From: a virus | Taxonomy: Duplodnaviria > Caudoviricetes | IMG/VR virus record: IMGVR_UViG_3300032225_000600 | Coordinates: 1-61,054 of that record | DNA: 61,054 nt | Direction: 5' to 3' (one strand) | Part shown: positions 60,859-61,054 of the stretch, piece by piece | Numbering within the stretch: position 1 is the first letter of the stretch | Layout: each line of letters opens with the position of its first letter | Program-made: the position numbers and the translations under genes | The notes under the pieces: generated by a model | Told to the model about the DNA's origin: nothing | Seen by the model: the letters and a program-made list of their open reading frames with translations, nothing else | Database searches by the model: none

Positions 60859-60934
60859 TCCCTAGTAGCTCAGAGGTAGAAGCACCTGACTGTTAATCAG
60901 GGTGTCGGTGGTTCGATCCCACCCTGGGGAGCCA
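60859..60934 (+). tRNA. tRNA-Asn(GTT)
   Basis: Loop CTGTTAA; GCCA end. Confidence 0.93.
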
Positions 60935-60977
60935 GTTTTTTAAATTCTAGTCAATGCTAGACATATATACTTTTATT

Positions 60978-61053
60978 GCCCCTTTAGCTCATCTGGTAGA
61001 GCAACTGATTTGTAATCAGTAGGTGGTCTGTTCGAGTCGGACAAGGGGCACCA
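60978..61053 (+). tRNA. tRNA-Thr(TGT)
   Basis: Loop TTTGTAA; ACCA end. Confidence 0.93.
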
Positions 61054-61054
61054 A

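Noticed and set aside
1-61054. CRISPR array or Cas system (Cas4-like nuclease at 14869)
   Set aside because: No repeat-spacer array or other cas genes seen; stand-alone PD-(D/E)XK nucleases are usual in such phages.
1-61054. Stop-codon reassignment
   Set aside because: TAA, TGA and TAG all end recognisable full-length genes; no suppressor anticodon among the 21 tRNAs.

Overview
A 61 kb segment of a large T4-like (jumbo-type) phage genome. It is almost all + strand, uses the standard code, and has sigma70-type early promoters, a recurrent TAAATA late-promoter motif and UUCG-loop terminators. Gene content (PqqA, DnaK, desaturase) suggests a freshwater betaproteobacterial host, possibly Methylophilaceae (inference). 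In order: a tail fibre; acidic head-associated proteins with T4 capsid-targeting-like N-termini, including a pol-beta-type nucleotidyltransferase and a ligase-fold protein; nrdA-SOD-nrdB-glutaredoxin; a circularly permuted two-piece tmRNA; rubrerythrin and rubredoxin; a PlcP-Agt-like lipid-remodelling pair; PqqA; an SleB hydrolase with a large structured leader; bS21; a transporter and porin; DnaK, Hsp20 and ClpS; heme oxygenase with a bilin reductase; a curli-like operon (CsgF, CsgG-SH3, two curlin-repeat proteins) linked to a FecR protein and a CHASE2 cyclase; an array of small paralogues; ClpP; and 21 tRNA genes continuing to the window end. The strongest candidate for an undescribed system is a 46-codon leader peptide using all 20 amino acids and 36 different codons, coupled to a terminator/antiterminator switch upstream of the tRNA array, i.e. 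a putative whole-tRNA-pool-sensing attenuator. All family calls come from motif recognition by eye; no searches or folding programs were run.
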